A stretch of 64,000 bases of DNA from an uncultured Bacteroidota bacterium. Its GTDB lineage: Bacteria; Bacteroidota; Bacteroidia; UKL13-3. Each line of letters starts with the position of its first letter. Positions within the stretch are counted from its first letter, which is position 1. The notes below the pieces were generated by a model. The model was not told the origin of the DNA. It made no database searches and worked only from the letters and a program-made list of their open reading frames with translations. Both the position numbers and the translations under genes were made by a program. Below are positions 26,703-34,611 of the stretch, one piece after another. The stretch lies in the NCBI GenBank assembly GCA_903910445.1, contig CAIVZR010000006.1, positions 2,127 to 66,126 on the forward strand. Direction: 5' to 3'.

Positions 26703-27940
26703 AACAATCAGTTATGGAGCTTATGGCTCCTGTTGGCTCCTTTGAAGCCCTCATAGCAGCCATTCAGGGAGGTGCCAATGCCATTTACTTTGGTGTAGAG
26801 CAATTGAATATGCGTACTCGATCATCGAACAATTTCACGATTGAAGACCTTGAAAAAATTGCTGCAATATGCAATGAGCATTCAATTCGCTCTTATCTTA
26901 CATTGAACACGGTCATCTTCGATCACGATATCATGCTAATGAAAAATATTGTGGATGCTGCACAAGAAAGTGGCATCAGCGCAGTCATTGCATCGGATCA
27001 TGCGGTAATGAATTATGCTAAAAAAGTGGGGATGACGGTACATGTATCTACTCAAGCCAACGTAACCAATATTGATACTATCGAATTTTACGCTGCCTAT
27101 GCCGATGTTATGGTATTGGCTCGCGAGTTGAGCTTAATGCAAGTAGCAACCATTAGTGAAGAAATTAAACGACGCGATGTTCGTGGTCCCAATGGAAAAT
27201 TGGTGCGTATTGAAGTATTCGGACATGGCGCTTTGTGTATGGCTGTCTCTGGCAAATGTTATCTGAGTTTGCATACTAATTTTGCCTCGGCGAATCGTGG
27301 CGCTTGTATTCAAAACTGCCGTCATAGCTATATTGTAACCGATAAAGAGGAGGGCACCGAATTGGAAATTGACAATGAATATATTATGTCGGCAAAAGAT
27401 TTAAGCACCGTCGGATTTCTCGACCAAGTAATTGATGCTGGAGTGAGTGTATTGAAAATTGAAGGCCGTGGGCGCAGTGCCGATTATGTTTACACTGTTA
27501 CCAAATGCTATCGGGAAGCCATCGATGCCATTTATGCTGGTTCGTATAGTAAAGAAAAAGTAGCCGAATGGACCGAGCGTCTTGCCACGGTGTATAATCG
27601 CGGATTTTGGGATGGGTACTATTTGGGGAGAACTATGGGAGAATGGAATAATGAATACGGATCGAAAGCCACAAAACGCAAAATCCATATTGGTAGAGGC
27701 CTAAATTATTTTGATGCAGTAGGTGTTGGCGAATTTCAATTGGAATCGCATTCATTAGAAACTGGTGATGAAATTATTATCATTGGACCTACGACGGGCG
27801 TAGTGCAAATGGTGGTGAATGAAATTCGTTTGGATGATAAAAAAACAAATCAAGTGCAAAAAGGAGATATATTTTCTGTGGCTGTTGGAACAAAAATTCG
27901 ACCATCAGATAAACTCTATAAACTCGTGGATGCCACATGA
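26699..27940 (+). CDS. Peptidase U32 family protein (PrtC/YegQ/TrhP/RlhA-like, putative prephenate-dependent hydroxylase)
   Basis: N-terminal MELMAPVGSFEALIAAIQGGANAIYFGV. It has a conserved Cys cluster (GALCMAVSGKCYLS...CIQNC) and is 413 aa. Its start overlaps the CM stop (ATGA). Confidence 0.85.
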   Translation: MKQSVMELMAPVGSFEALIAAIQGGANAIYFGVEQLNMRTRSSNNFTIEDLEKIAAICNEHSIRSYLTLNTVIFDHDIMLMKNIVDAAQESGISAVIASDHAVMNYAKKVGMTVHVSTQANVTNIDTIEFYAAYADVMVLARELSLMQVATISEEIKRRDVRGPNGKLVRIEVFGHGALCMAVSGKCYLSLHTNFASANRGACIQNCRHSYIVTDKEEGTELEIDNEYIMSAKDLSTVGFLDQVIDAGVSVLKIEGRGRSADYVYTVTKCYREAIDAIYAGSYSKEKVAEWTERLATVYNRGFWDGYYLGRTMGEWNNEYGSKATKRKIHIGRGLNYFDAVGVGEFQLESHSLETGDEIIIIGPTTGVVQMVVNEIRLDDKKTNQVQKGDIFSVAVGTKIRPSDKLYKLVDAT

Positions 27941-28167
27941 TCCGGATAACCCAACAACGGCAGAAATGTATTGGTTGCAATGCCTGTGTTGAGGTGTCTA
28001 AATTTCGTTGGCGCCTCTCTAAAAAGGATGGTAAATGCACCCTCATTGGTGGCACCGAAAAGAAGGGTTGGTATTCGATCACCGTGGGTGACGATGAACT
28101 GGAAGAAACATTATTGGCAATTAAAAATTGTCCTGTGAATATTATTCGGGTCGAAACCCTCAAGTAA
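27937..28167 (+). CDS. Small [4Fe-4S] ferredoxin
   Basis: 76 aa with CIGCNAC ... CP, a CxxCxxC...CP single-cluster ferredoxin motif. Its start overlaps the U32 stop (ATGA). Confidence 0.7.
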   Translation: MIRITQQRQKCIGCNACVEVSKFRWRLSKKDGKCTLIGGTEKKGWYSITVGDDELEETLLAIKNCPVNIIRVETLK

Positions 28168-28304
28168 TTCTCAATCAGAATGCTATCCCTGCTTGGGTTT
28201 GATAGTTATTTCCTTGCGCTTCAATCAAAACCCTTAAATTTGCATTTTTATCAGCATTGAACTTTTGCCGCGCTAAACTTAAGCGCAAAAGTTAGCATAC
28301 AATA

Positions 28305-30161
28305 ATGGCTAAAGTAGGGATTAATATTGCCACCGGCAGTATACAACAAGAAGAGATTATCGTTGGAATTGATTTGGGTACTACCAATAGTTTGGTAGCC
28401 TTCATTAATTCCAATCAGCAACCATACGCATTAAACGATATGGATGGATATACTATTGTACCATCTATCGTTCACTTTACCGCTTCAGGAGAAGTAATTG
28501 TTGGAAATGAGGCGAAACAACACCTCATCGACGACCCGCAACATACGGTTTACTCTGTAAAGCGTTTATTGGGTAAGAGTTTCAGCGATTTAGGAAATAT
28601 CCAACAGTATTTTGGTTATAAAATTTTGGATGAAGATTCGGAAGGACTTATCAAAATAAAAATTCACGATAAGTACTATACAGCAATTGAAATATCAGCA
28701 CTCATTCTAAAAGAACTTAAATCGAGAGCCGAGCATTATCTTAAAACCCCAGTGAAGCGTGCCGTTATTACGGTTCCAGCCTATTTCAACGACGCTCAGC
28801 GTCAAGCTACTCGCGATGCAGGAAGGCTTGCAGGTTTAGATGTATTGCGCATTGTAAACGAACCTACGGCAGCCAGCTTGGCTTATGGTTTGGGCTTAGA
28901 TAAAAATGAACATCAAAACATTGCAGTGTACGACCTCGGCGGTGGCACGTTTGATATATCTATATTAAGCCTTCAGCAAGGCATCTTCGAAGTGTTAAGT
29001 ACCAATGGTGATACTTTCTTGGGCGGAGATGATTTTGATAAGGCCATCGTAAATTATTGGATGGAAGCAAATCAAAAAAACCGTGATGAAATTCTCGCTG
29101 ATAAAAGTTTAAGTCAGTGGCTTCGACTCAAAGCGGAAGAATTGAAAAAACAGCTAAGCTATGTGGAAGAAGTTTCGTTAGAAGAAAATGGATGGAACCT
29201 TTGCATTTCGGCAGAGAAATTTGAGGAATTAATTCTTCCCATTGTAAAACGAAGCATGGACTGTTGTGAAAAAGCCCTTGCCGACAGTGGCTTACAACTC
29301 AGTGAAATAAGCAATATAGTTATGGTGGGTGGAAGTACCCGTACCCCATTGGTAAAGAAAATGGTGGACGAATTTTTTAAAGGCGCCCTCCTCTTTGATG
29401 CCCTCAACCCTGATGAAGTAGTAGCGCTAGGTGCTGCCATTGAAGCCGATATTTTGGCGGGTAACCGAAGTGATATATTACTTTTGGATGTGACGCCTTT
29501 GAGTTTGGGAATTGAAACACTAGGCGGATTGATGGATACGCTCATTCCTCGAAACAGTAAAATTCCTACACGTGCAGCGCGTCAATACACCACATCAATT
29601 GATGGACAGAGCAATATTAAAATCAATGTATATCAAGGAGAACGCGATTTGGTTGCAGAAAACCGGAAGTTGGCAACATTCGATTTGAAAGGTGTTCCAG
29701 CCATGCCTGCTGGTTTGCCCAAAGTGGAGGTGGGATTCCAACTCAATGCCGACGGTATTTTAACAGTGACCGCTAAAGAACTTAGAAGCGGTGTTTCGCA
29801 AGTAATTGAGGTGAAACCACAATATGGATTAACCGATTCCGAAGTAGAGAAGATGCTGATGGATTCGCTAGTGAATGCTCAGAAAGATGTGGACACACGG
29901 ATGATTATTGAAGCACAAACAGAAGCACAACAACTCATTTATCTTACCGAAAGATTTTTGGAAAAGAATTCGGGTATGTTAAGTGCAGAAGAAATAAGCG
30001 GAACAAAACAAAAAATCGAAGAATTGCGTGCCTCCCTTGCAACCAATGACAAAAATAGTGTACTAAAATATAACGAGGCGCTTAATGAGTATACTGCCCC
30101 ATTTGCCGAACGACTCATGGATATTGCCATTGCACAAGCCATGAAAGGAAAACAGATTTAA
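28305..30161 (+). CDS. hscA: Hsp70-family Fe-S protein assembly chaperone HscA
   Basis: 618 aa with extended collinear similarity to E. coli HscA: [78 protein letters not shown] and [15 protein letters not shown]. Confidence 0.8.
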   Translation: MAKVGINIATGSIQQEEIIVGIDLGTTNSLVAFINSNQQPYALNDMDGYTIVPSIVHFTASGEVIVGNEAKQHLIDDPQHTVYSVKRLLGKSFSDLGNIQQYFGYKILDEDSEGLIKIKIHDKYYTAIEISALILKELKSRAEHYLKTPVKRAVITVPAYFNDAQRQATRDAGRLAGLDVLRIVNEPTAASLAYGLGLDKNEHQNIAVYDLGGGTFDISILSLQQGIFEVLSTNGDTFLGGDDFDKAIVNYWMEANQKNRDEILADKSLSQWLRLKAEELKKQLSYVEEVSLEENGWNLCISAEKFEELILPIVKRSMDCCEKALADSGLQLSEISNIVMVGGSTRTPLVKKMVDEFFKGALLFDALNPDEVVALGAAIEADILAGNRSDILLLDVTPLSLGIETLGGLMDTLIPRNSKIPTRAARQYTTSIDGQSNIKINVYQGERDLVAENRKLATFDLKGVPAMPAGLPKVEVGFQLNADGILTVTAKELRSGVSQVIEVKPQYGLTDSEVEKMLMDSLVNAQKDVDTRMIIEAQTEAQQLIYLTERFLEKNSGMLSAEEISGTKQKIEELRASLATNDKNSVLKYNEALNEYTAPFAERLMDIAIAQAMKGKQI

Positions 30162-30217
30162 GAAACTATTAACGCAAAATAAAAAATAAATTGCCGCTAT
30201 TGGCGTTCTCAATAATC

Positions 30218-30916
30218 ATGAATAAGTCAAATCCATTACAATACAACTCCACTCCCAATCGATTTTGGGTGTTGTTAGGCATGATGTTGTTTTGGATAAC
30301 GGCTGCTTTTTCACAAAATGACAATATAAGTGGTACCGATTTCGATGATAATCCGAACCTCCATCTTGGGGTTAAAGCTGGTATTAATTTTAGCAACTTA
30401 AAATCGGCTGAGCTCACCCACAAATCGACTTATATAGGAATGGATGTTGGGTTATACGCCAATTACAAGTTAAATAAAGTATTGGCTTTGCAAATCGATT
30501 TTATTGGGAATGTAAAAGGAGCCAATTTTAATTATGGTACCGCTTCTTCATTAAATAAACTTGCCTTGTTTTATTTAGACATCCCCATTACAATGCAATT
30601 TTCATTTATAAAAAAAGCCAAATTAATCCCTTATGTTGGAATCATGCCCTCTGTAGTATTCCGAAAAGATGCATATAAAACCCAGGAAGCCGTACCTCAA
30701 CCAATTTCTATAGGTATTAAGAAATATGATTTCGGTGTTAGTGCTGGATTATTATATAAAATGGACCCACGTGTTGGATTGCAATTACAATTTAATTATG
30801 GATTGATTGACGTTAATAATCCCGCTCCTAATCAGTTAGTATTACCCTTTTATCCATACCTGGGTGGGGGTGGCAGCATCTACAACCGAAATTTACAATT
30901 GAGTTTGGTGTTTTAG
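30218..30916 (+). CDS. Outer-membrane beta-barrel protein (porin/OmpA-like beta-barrel family)
   Basis: Signal peptide, alternating amphipathic beta-strands and a C-terminal ...LQLSLVF aromatic terminus. The start is uncertain; the ORF track begins with TTG at 30191 and another Met lies at 30281. Confidence 0.6.
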   Translation: MNKSNPLQYNSTPNRFWVLLGMMLFWITAAFSQNDNISGTDFDDNPNLHLGVKAGINFSNLKSAELTHKSTYIGMDVGLYANYKLNKVLALQIDFIGNVKGANFNYGTASSLNKLALFYLDIPITMQFSFIKKAKLIPYVGIMPSVVFRKDAYKTQEAVPQPISIGIKKYDFGVSAGLLYKMDPRVGLQLQFNYGLIDVNNPAPNQLVLPFYPYLGGGGSIYNRNLQLSLVF

Positions 30917-30960
30917 CCTTAACGGAATACTTTTGTACTCTCTAATTTTATTTTATTTCA

Positions 30961-31359
30961 ATGGATATTTCAGGAAAGTTATCGTTGCACCTGCCTATAA
31001 CAACAGGTGAAGGAAAGAATGGCACATGGCAAAAAAGCGGATTCGTAGTAGAAACTTCGAATGAAAAATACCCGAAAAAGGTATGCTTCACTACTTGGGG
31101 CGACACCATCGCACAATCTCAGGTATTTCAAGCTGGTGAAGAGGTGAAGGTGAGTTTTGACGTGGAATCAAGAGAATATCAAGGCAAATGGTACAGCGAT
31201 ATCAAAGCCTGGAAGGTAGAACGCAATGTAGGAGGAACTGCCAACGCGGCGCCTGCAGCTCCACAAAATTTCCCAAAGAACAATACCTCCGAAACTCCAG
31301 CGAGTTCAGGAACCAGCGAAAGCTTTAATGTAACCCAGGACGACGATCTTCCTTTTTAG
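30961..31359 (+). CDS. DUF3127 protein: putative OB-fold with Gly/Pro/Ala linker and SSB-like acidic tail DDDLPF
   Basis: 132 aa. Residues 1-90 resemble DUF3127 (GKLSLHLPITTGEGKNGTWQKSGFVVETSNEKYPKKVCFTTWGD). The C-terminus is ...NAAPAAPQNFPKNN...ESFNVTQDDDLPF. Confidence 0.6.
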   Translation: MDISGKLSLHLPITTGEGKNGTWQKSGFVVETSNEKYPKKVCFTTWGDTIAQSQVFQAGEEVKVSFDVESREYQGKWYSDIKAWKVERNVGGTANAAPAAPQNFPKNNTSETPASSGTSESFNVTQDDDLPF

Positions 31360-31407
31360 TACGCAATTTTGATTACGTTTGCAACGATATCCCGCTAAAT
31401 AACTCCA

Positions 31408-31986
31408 TTGAGAAAGAAATTTAACATCACCGAAGAAGAACTGGTTGAACTGTTGAAAGACGGCGATGAAAAAGGTTTGGAAGTTTTATATCAAAACTAT
31501 TCGAAAGCCTTATACAATGTTATTTTTCAAATTGTACGTAGCGACGAAATGGCCGAAGAGGCTTTGCAAGATGGTTTCTTAAAAATTTGGAAGAATGCCT
31601 CAAGCTACGATAAAAGCAAGGGCACCATCTTTACATGGATGCTAAATATTTGCCGCAATATCGCCATCGATAAAACGCGTAGCAAGGATTTTAAGAACGA
31701 AGCCAAAAACCAAAACATTGAAACTTCCGTAAATGTTGAAAGAGATCACAGTACTGAAATTACTCCCGATCATATAGGAGTAGCGAAAGTAGTGGAGAAA
31801 TTGAAACCAGAGTTGAGGGAAGTGATTGATATGATATTTTTGAAAGGATACACCCAAATTCAGGCAGCAGAAGCTTTGAAGATTCCATTGGGTACCATTA
31901 AAACGCGAAGCCGAAATGCAATCCTCGAATTGCGTAAATATTTTGCAATCATCATAGCTCTCATCACAACGATATTAAATTTTTAA
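31408..31986 (+). CDS. RNA polymerase ECF-type sigma-70 factor
   Basis: Sigma70_r2 (ALQDGFLKIWKNASSYD..FTWMLNICRNIAID) and r4 (EVIDMIFLKGYTQIQAAEALKIPLGTIKTRSRNA). The ORF track gives a TTG start. Confidence 0.85.
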   Translation: MRKKFNITEEELVELLKDGDEKGLEVLYQNYSKALYNVIFQIVRSDEMAEEALQDGFLKIWKNASSYDKSKGTIFTWMLNICRNIAIDKTRSKDFKNEAKNQNIETSVNVERDHSTEITPDHIGVAKVVEKLKPELREVIDMIFLKGYTQIQAAEALKIPLGTIKTRSRNAILELRKYFAIIIALITTILNF

Positions 31987-31990
31987 AGCA

Positions 31991-32755
31991 GTGAACACCA
32001 GAGAAATCATAGAATCAGGCAAATTGGAACTTTACGTATGCGGCGCGCTAAGCGAGCGTGAGATGCGTGAAATTGCCTTGCTTGCTGATTTGAATGCCGA
32101 TCTGCGTCAGGAAATCTCGCGTATAGAAAATGACTTGGTAAACTTTGCTGAAAGTTTTGAGAAGGCTCCTAATCAAGCGACACTCGATAAGGTATTGAAG
32201 AATATTAAATCGGGTAACAGAACTTTTCAGGTTGACTTTAAAACCAATCGATTTAATTGGGCCTATGCTGCCAGTATTATTGGATTTATTTTGATGGGTG
32301 GCTTATCATACTATTTTTGGAACCAATCCCAGACATACAAAAAACAAGTGGAAGCACTCGTTCCACTCAACGATACCATCAGCAATATCAAAATTGAATT
32401 GGCTCATAATGCTTCTGAAATTGAATTCCTCAATCGTACCACCACACGCAAATATAAATTGGTAGGAATTGAAGGAAAAGATAGTAGCGATAATTTCATC
32501 TTGCTTTATTGGTGCTCTTTGAAGAAAGATGTGGCCATTAACCCTGGTAATTTACCAAAGCCTCCAACTGGAATGCAATACCAGCTATGGGCTATGATCG
32601 ATGGCAAACCGGTAAGCTTGGGAATGATTAATATGCAGGAGATGCAAATCATGCAAAGTACACCTCGTGCCGAAGCCTTTGGGGTAACCCTAGAAAAAGA
32701 AGGTGGCGCATCCGAACCCAATATGGATGAACTTAGAGTATTTCGTAAAGTTTAA
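31991..32755 (+). CDS. Anti-sigma factor (RskA-like, single TM)
   Basis: N-terminal anti-sigma helix (ELYVCGALSEREMREI), a TM segment (WAYAASIIGFILMGGLSYYFW) and an RskA-like C-domain (YQLWAMIDGKPVSLGM...FGVTLEKEGG). GTG start 4 nt after the sigma gene stop. Confidence 0.75.
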   Translation: MNTREIIESGKLELYVCGALSEREMREIALLADLNADLRQEISRIENDLVNFAESFEKAPNQATLDKVLKNIKSGNRTFQVDFKTNRFNWAYAASIIGFILMGGLSYYFWNQSQTYKKQVEALVPLNDTISNIKIELAHNASEIEFLNRTTTRKYKLVGIEGKDSSDNFILLYWCSLKKDVAINPGNLPKPPTGMQYQLWAMIDGKPVSLGMINMQEMQIMQSTPRAEAFGVTLEKEGGASEPNMDELRVFRKV

Positions 32756-32770
32756 TTTTAATTCCATGTT

Positions 32771-33784
32771 ATGAAACCACGCATCCTTTCGTTTTTGGTT
32801 TCGCTCCTCATCGCATTAGTAATTTATATTTCTGGTGTTTTTTTGCTTCATGGCTGGCGCAATGCCGCAATACTAGGGGGCATCGCATTTGTGGTTAGTT
32901 TTTTTGTTACCATCCTTGCTTTCGAACGATTTATTGCACGTAAAATTAGTTTGGTTTATAAACTTATTTCCAACTTAAAAATAGGTAAAGAGCTCAAGCA
33001 GGCACTAGGCAATAATGTTAGTGACGATCCACTGAATCAGATTGAGCAAGAAGTGATTCGATGGGCACAAGTGAAAGCTATTGAGATTGATACGCTCAAT
33101 AAAATTTCTGATTATCGAAAAGAATTTCTGGGAAACCTCTCCCATGAATTAAAAACACCTTTATTTAATATTCAAGGTTACGTTCAATCACTTATTGATG
33201 GTGGGCTCGACGACCGGAAAATTGCCGATGCCTTTCTTTTGAAAGCCGAAAAAAACATCGACCGACTCTGTGCACTAGTAGCCGATGTAGATGTGATGTC
33301 GAAACTTGATACTGGTGAAATGCCACTGATCCTTACCAATTTTGATATTGTATCACTCATCAAAGAAATTGCATTCACCCTCGATGAAAATGCAAGAGTA
33401 AAAAATATTAACTTTGAATTTACTTCTCTCGATAAACGAGTGGTAGAAGCCGATCGCGAGAAGATGGCTCAAGTAATCACCAACCTACTCGATAACAGTA
33501 TAAAATATGGTAAGACGAATGGTACCACTACTATTAAGTTTTTTGATATGGATAAGCAAGTGCTAATTGAAATTACTGATGACGGAGAAGGTATTGATGA
33601 AGAACATATCCCTCGCCTATTCGAACGCTTCTATCGCGTTGATAAAAGCCGCAGAAGCCAGGCAGGAAGTGGCATTGGACTCGCCATTGTGAAACATATC
33701 ATTAGTGCACACCATCAAACCATCAATGTAAGAAGTGCAAAAAATGTAGGTACTACTTTTGCATTTACTCTCAACAAAGCCTAA
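32771..33784 (+). CDS. Sensor histidine kinase (HisKA + HATPase_c, two N-terminal TM helices)
   Basis: H-box LSHELKTPLFNIQGY, N-box LLDNSIKYG, and G-boxes DDGEGI / GSGIGLAIV. It starts 16 bp after the anti-sigma gene. No response regulator is present. Confidence 0.85.
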   Translation: MKPRILSFLVSLLIALVIYISGVFLLHGWRNAAILGGIAFVVSFFVTILAFERFIARKISLVYKLISNLKIGKELKQALGNNVSDDPLNQIEQEVIRWAQVKAIEIDTLNKISDYRKEFLGNLSHELKTPLFNIQGYVQSLIDGGLDDRKIADAFLLKAEKNIDRLCALVADVDVMSKLDTGEMPLILTNFDIVSLIKEIAFTLDENARVKNINFEFTSLDKRVVEADREKMAQVITNLLDNSIKYGKTNGTTTIKFFDMDKQVLIEITDDGEGIDEEHIPRLFERFYRVDKSRRSQAGSGIGLAIVKHIISAHHQTINVRSAKNVGTTFAFTLNKA

Positions 33785-33865
33785 TTAACGAAACAATGAT
33801 CGGTAGTTATTGAATGCTTGTTAAAAATCGTTTTCACTTTTCGTTTTTCCTTACTTTAATCTAAA

Positions 33866-34603
33866 TTGCGCACCGTGAGCCAAGCCATAGTTATAATACC
33901 CACTTACAACGAAAAAGAAAATGTTGAGCGCATGATACGCAAGGTGGTATCGCTGGCTTTACCTTTACATATATTAATTGTTGACGACAATTCTCCCGAT
34001 GGTACCCGAGATATTGTAAAAAAATTACAGATAGAATTTCCTAATTTACATCTACTCGAAAGAGCTGGTAAACAAGGCTTGGGTACTGCATATATCGCAG
34101 GATTTAAATGGTGCCTTGCAAGGGAGTATGAATATATTTTTGAGATGGATTGCGACTTCAGCCATAACCCCGACGACCTGCTAAATCTTTATCATACTTG
34201 CACTACAGCCCCAGCCGATATGGTGGTAGGCTCTAGATATGTAAACGGAGTAAATGTGGTAAACTGGCCTATGAGCCGCGTTATTCTTAGCTATTATGCC
34301 AGTATGTATGTTCGCATTATTACAGGCATGAGTATTCGTGATACCACTTCTGGTTTTGTATGCTACCATCGCCGCGTATTAGAAAAATTAAATTTGGATG
34401 CCATTAAATTTAAAGGGTATGCCTTTCAAATTGAAATGAAATTCAAAGCATGGCGCTCGGGTTTTGATATCAAGGAAGAATCTATCATCTTCACCGATAG
34501 AAAAGAAGGTCAATCTAAAATGTCGGGGGGTATTATTAAGGAGGCACTGTTTGGAGTGCTCGAACTCAAGATTAAAAGTGTGCTAGGCATATTGAAAATT
34601 TAA
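33866..34603 (+). CDS. GT2 polyprenol-phosphate mannosyl/glycosyl-transferase (Dpm1-like)
   Basis: IVIIPTYNEKENVERMI, IVDDNSPDGT and a DxD-containing core. The protein is about 245 aa. The ORF track start is TTG, and a GTG at 33875 is an alternative. Confidence 0.75.
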   Translation: MRTVSQAIVIIPTYNEKENVERMIRKVVSLALPLHILIVDDNSPDGTRDIVKKLQIEFPNLHLLERAGKQGLGTAYIAGFKWCLAREYEYIFEMDCDFSHNPDDLLNLYHTCTTAPADMVVGSRYVNGVNVVNWPMSRVILSYYASMYVRIITGMSIRDTTSGFVCYHRRVLEKLNLDAIKFKGYAFQIEMKFKAWRSGFDIKEESIIFTDRKEGQSKMSGGIIKEALFGVLELKIKSVLGILKI

Positions 34604-34611
34604 GTGTGCCT

